A stretch of DNA of 64,000 bases, taken from assembly GCA_964583975.1 (NCBI GenBank), contig CAZOXU010000002.1:48667-112666 (forward strand), in the 5' to 3' direction. The notes beneath the pieces are model-generated. The model was not told the DNA's origin. It saw only the letters and a program-made list of their open reading frames with translations, and did no database searches. The translations under genes and the position numbers were made by a program. Shown here piece by piece: positions 62,031 to 64,000 of this stretch. Position 1 is the stretch's first letter, and each line of letters begins with the position of its first letter. Source of the DNA: an uncultured Planctomycetales bacterium. GTDB taxonomy: Bacteria; Omnitrophota; Gorgyraeia; Zapsychrales; Fredricksoniimonadaceae.

Positions 62031-62159
62031 GCGTATCTCTCACCGTCGATAAACGGTAATACAACTGGCGGTCTACTTCGCTTCAATACTTTTGTGTTGA
62101 AGCTTCGTAGAACCAGTTACTTCGAAGCTCAAACATAAAAATTTTTGAGCGAAGAAGAA

Positions 62160-62248
62160 CGGAGAAGGAGAGATTCGAACTCTCGAGGCGCCTTACGACG
62201 CCCACACGCTTTCCAAGCGTGCGCATTCAACCACTCTGCCACCTCTCC
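62160..62248 (-). tRNA. tRNA-Ser (anticodon GGA).
   Basis: Minus-sense GGAGAGGTGGCAGAGTGGTTGAATGCGCACGCTTGGAAAGCGTGTGGGCGTCGTAAGGCGCCTCGAGAGTTCGAATCTCTCCTTCTCCG. It has a long variable arm, anticodon loop UUGGAAA and T loop TTCGAAT. Confidence 0.85.
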
Positions 62249-62260
62249 AAAAAGATTTCT

Positions 62261-63871
62261 TTAATAAAGAGCCTGCCGCTGCGCCTTAATGCGCTCATCA
62301 GCCAAATACTCATCGTACGTCATCATCTGGTCGATAAACCCTTTAGGAGTGATCTCCACAATACGGTTAGCCACGGTTTGCACTAATGTATGATCATGCG
62401 ATGAAAACAATATGGCACCAGGAAAAGTTTCCATTCCCTTATTTAATGAAGTGATTGATTCTAAATCCAAATGGTTTGTTGGTTCATCTAGGATAACTAC
62501 ATTAGCCCCTGTCAGCATCATTTTTGAAAGCATGCAACGGACTTTTTCACCTCCAGAGAGCACCTTAACTTGCTTTAAACTTTCTCCCCCAGAAAAAAGC
62601 ATGCGTCCTAAGAATCCGCGTACAAAGTTCTCATCAGTTTCTTTAGAATACTGGCGCAACCAATCTACAATATTCAAATCCACATTAAAAAATTTTGTAT
62701 TATCTTTTGGAAAATAGGTTTGAGTGGTTGAAACACCCCATTTAAAGGAGCCCGAGTCTGCAGGGATTTCATTCATCAAAATTTGAAAAAGTACAGATTT
62801 AACCAAATCGTTAGGGCCTACAAAGGCAATTTTGTCAGATTTATAAACATGTAATGAAAAATCTTTAAACATCACCTGACCATTAATCGATTTACTCAAA
62901 TTCTCAACAAACAAGACATCATTACCAGCCTCACGTTCAGGCTTAAAATTGATAAAAGGATATTTACGTGTGGATGGTTTAAATTCTTCCAAGGTCAATT
63001 TCTCTAAAATTTTCTTACGTGAAGTAGCTTGGCGGGCTTTGGAAGCATTGGCTGAGAATCGGGCAATAAAATCCTGGAGTTCTTTGCGCTTCTCTTCTGT
63101 TTTCTTATTGGCATCTGAACGCTGCCTTAAGGCTAATTGGCTAGCTTCTAACCAAAAACTATAATTTCCGGTATAAGGTGTTATCTTTCCATAATCAATA
63201 TCACAAACATGGGTGCAGACATTGTCCAAGAAGTGTCGATCATGGGATACAACAATGGCTGTATTTTGAAAATTGATAAGAAACTCCTCTAACCACATAC
63301 AGGTATCGACATCCAAATGATTGGTAGGCTCATCTAAGATCAAGATATCAGGATTGCCAAATAAAGCCTGCGCTAAAAGTACGCGCACCTTCAACGCCCC
63401 TTCAAGATTCTTCATTTGCTCACGATGCAAATCTTCACTAATTCCCAAATCACTTAAAAGCTTAGCTGCATCAGACTCAGCATCCCAGCCGTTCATTTCT
63501 CCAAATAAAGCTTCTAATTCTGAAGCCCTTAAACCATCGGCGTCAGAGAAATCAGGCTTAGCATAAAGCTCATCTTTTTCTTTAATGACTTTATAAAGCT
63601 CTTTGTGACCCATAATTACGGTTGTTAATACATCAAATTCATCAAAGGCAAATTGGTCTTGCTTTAACATAGAAATACGCTTGCCAGAGGCAACTGTAAT
63701 TGAACCAGCAGTCGTATCAATGTCACCAGAAAGGATTTTGAGGAAAGTAGATTTGCCACTACCATTTGCACCAATAATGCCATAGCAGTTGCCTGGATTA
63801 AAGGTGATATTAACCCCATCAAAAAGAACTCGTTTGCCAAATTGTAAAGATACATTATTTGCGGTAATCAC
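62261..63871 (-). CDS. ABC-F family ATPase (two ABC cassettes, no TM domain; EttA/YbiT/Uup-like).
   Basis: Two Walker A sites (GANGSGKST, GPNDLVKS) and two LSGGE signatures (LSGGEKVR...). 536 aa. Confidence 0.85.
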   Translation of the reverse strand: MITANNVSLQFGKRVLFDGVNITFNPGNCYGIIGANGSGKSTFLKILSGDIDTTAGSITVASGKRISMLKQDQFAFDEFDVLTTVIMGHKELYKVIKEKDELYAKPDFSDADGLRASELEALFGEMNGWDAESDAAKLLSDLGISEDLHREQMKNLEGALKVRVLLAQALFGNPDILILDEPTNHLDVDTCMWLEEFLINFQNTAIVVSHDRHFLDNVCTHVCDIDYGKITPYTGNYSFWLEASQLALRQRSDANKKTEEKRKELQDFIARFSANASKARQATSRKKILEKLTLEEFKPSTRKYPFINFKPEREAGNDVLFVENLSKSINGQVMFKDFSLHVYKSDKIAFVGPNDLVKSVLFQILMNEIPADSGSFKWGVSTTQTYFPKDNTKFFNVDLNIVDWLRQYSKETDENFVRGFLGRMLFSGGESLKQVKVLSGGEKVRCMLSKMMLTGANVVILDEPTNHLDLESITSLNKGMETFPGAILFSSHDHTLVQTVANRIVEITPKGFIDQMMTYDEYLADERIKAQRQALY

Positions 63872-64000
63872 GAAGCATCCTCAATCTTTCTCATGCGAAG
63901 TCTCTGCGAATCCCATCTTGCGACAATAAAACGTTGGGGCGTAGCAGGATAATAAGGGGCAGATTATAACAATTTGATAAGGTAAACGCAACTAAGAATT

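Noticed and set aside
53076-62248. A genomic island inserted at tRNA-Ser, carrying the osmo-adaptation genes.
   Set aside because: No integrase was found. I could not find a direct repeat of the tRNA 3' end at the far boundary (53076-53436). No compositional discontinuity is visible by eye. The co-localisation is more likely native.

Overview
This window is a 64 kb, low-GC (about 38-40% by eye) bacterial chromosomal segment. It is densely coding, almost entirely on the minus strand, and many adjacent genes overlap by 4 nt (ATGA), which suggests translational coupling. No CRISPR array, IS element, integrase or phage gene was seen. In window order:

(1) 1-5560: an exopolysaccharide export/polymerisation block. 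It resembles PEP-CTERM/exosortase-associated eps loci: a Wza-like exporter, a chain-length determinant, an ExeA-like AAA ATPase, a small TM coiled-coil protein, a BY-kinase ATPase and a sugar epimerase. A small HTH gene sits in front, and a sigma-54-type promoter lies ahead of that. rpoN is encoded divergently at 5875-7233.

(2) 7230-15875: a tetrapyrrole block. It has hemL, hemB and an unusual HemC(domains 1-2 only)-CobA-HemD tri-domain fusion. It is followed by a cNMP-binding/pseudo-ParA/patatin protein and a large acyl-CoA dehydrogenase.

(3) 16062-28730: housekeeping metabolism. Genes are aroC, ilvD, leuCD, a thiolase, a PaaK-like ligase, transaldolase and a split transketolase. A tRNA-Lys(CTT) follows.

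(4) 28917-34687: rnhB, rplS, trmD, tgt, queA and a SpoIID homolog.

(5) 35608-39820: a class Ic-type ribonucleotide reductase. The NrdB carries the Glu/Phe R2c signature and the NrdA has three N-terminal ATP cones. This is followed by sod, tpx and an aquaporin.

(6) 41892-46386: a classical menaquinone cluster, menB-menA-menC-menE, plus a convergent hotdog thioesterase.

(7) 46401-53075: HIT, xseAB, a fused MFS/spermidine-synthase, an LpoB-like lipoprotein and a TPR lipoprotein.

(8) 53437-61774: an osmo/salt-adaptation block. It holds a GH15 putative trehalase, otsB, mscS, an otsA carrying an N-terminal TM-periplasmic-TM-HAMP-like sensor extension, a TetR regulator and an NhaD-type antiporter.

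A tRNA-Ser(GGA) and an ABC-F ATPase close the window.

The most interesting signal is an unannotated conserved leader element present twice, in the 5' leaders of otsA and nhaD. Each copy has a P1 hairpin, then a 22-nt identical box, then a covarying terminator-like hairpin with a U tract. It is a candidate riboswitch or attenuator controlling osmo/Na+ stress genes.

Lineage cannot be assigned from sequence alone. The RNR is Chlamydia/PVC-like, but other features (split tkt, cobA/hemD fusion, PEP-CTERM-like eps) fit other low-GC Gram-negative lineages.
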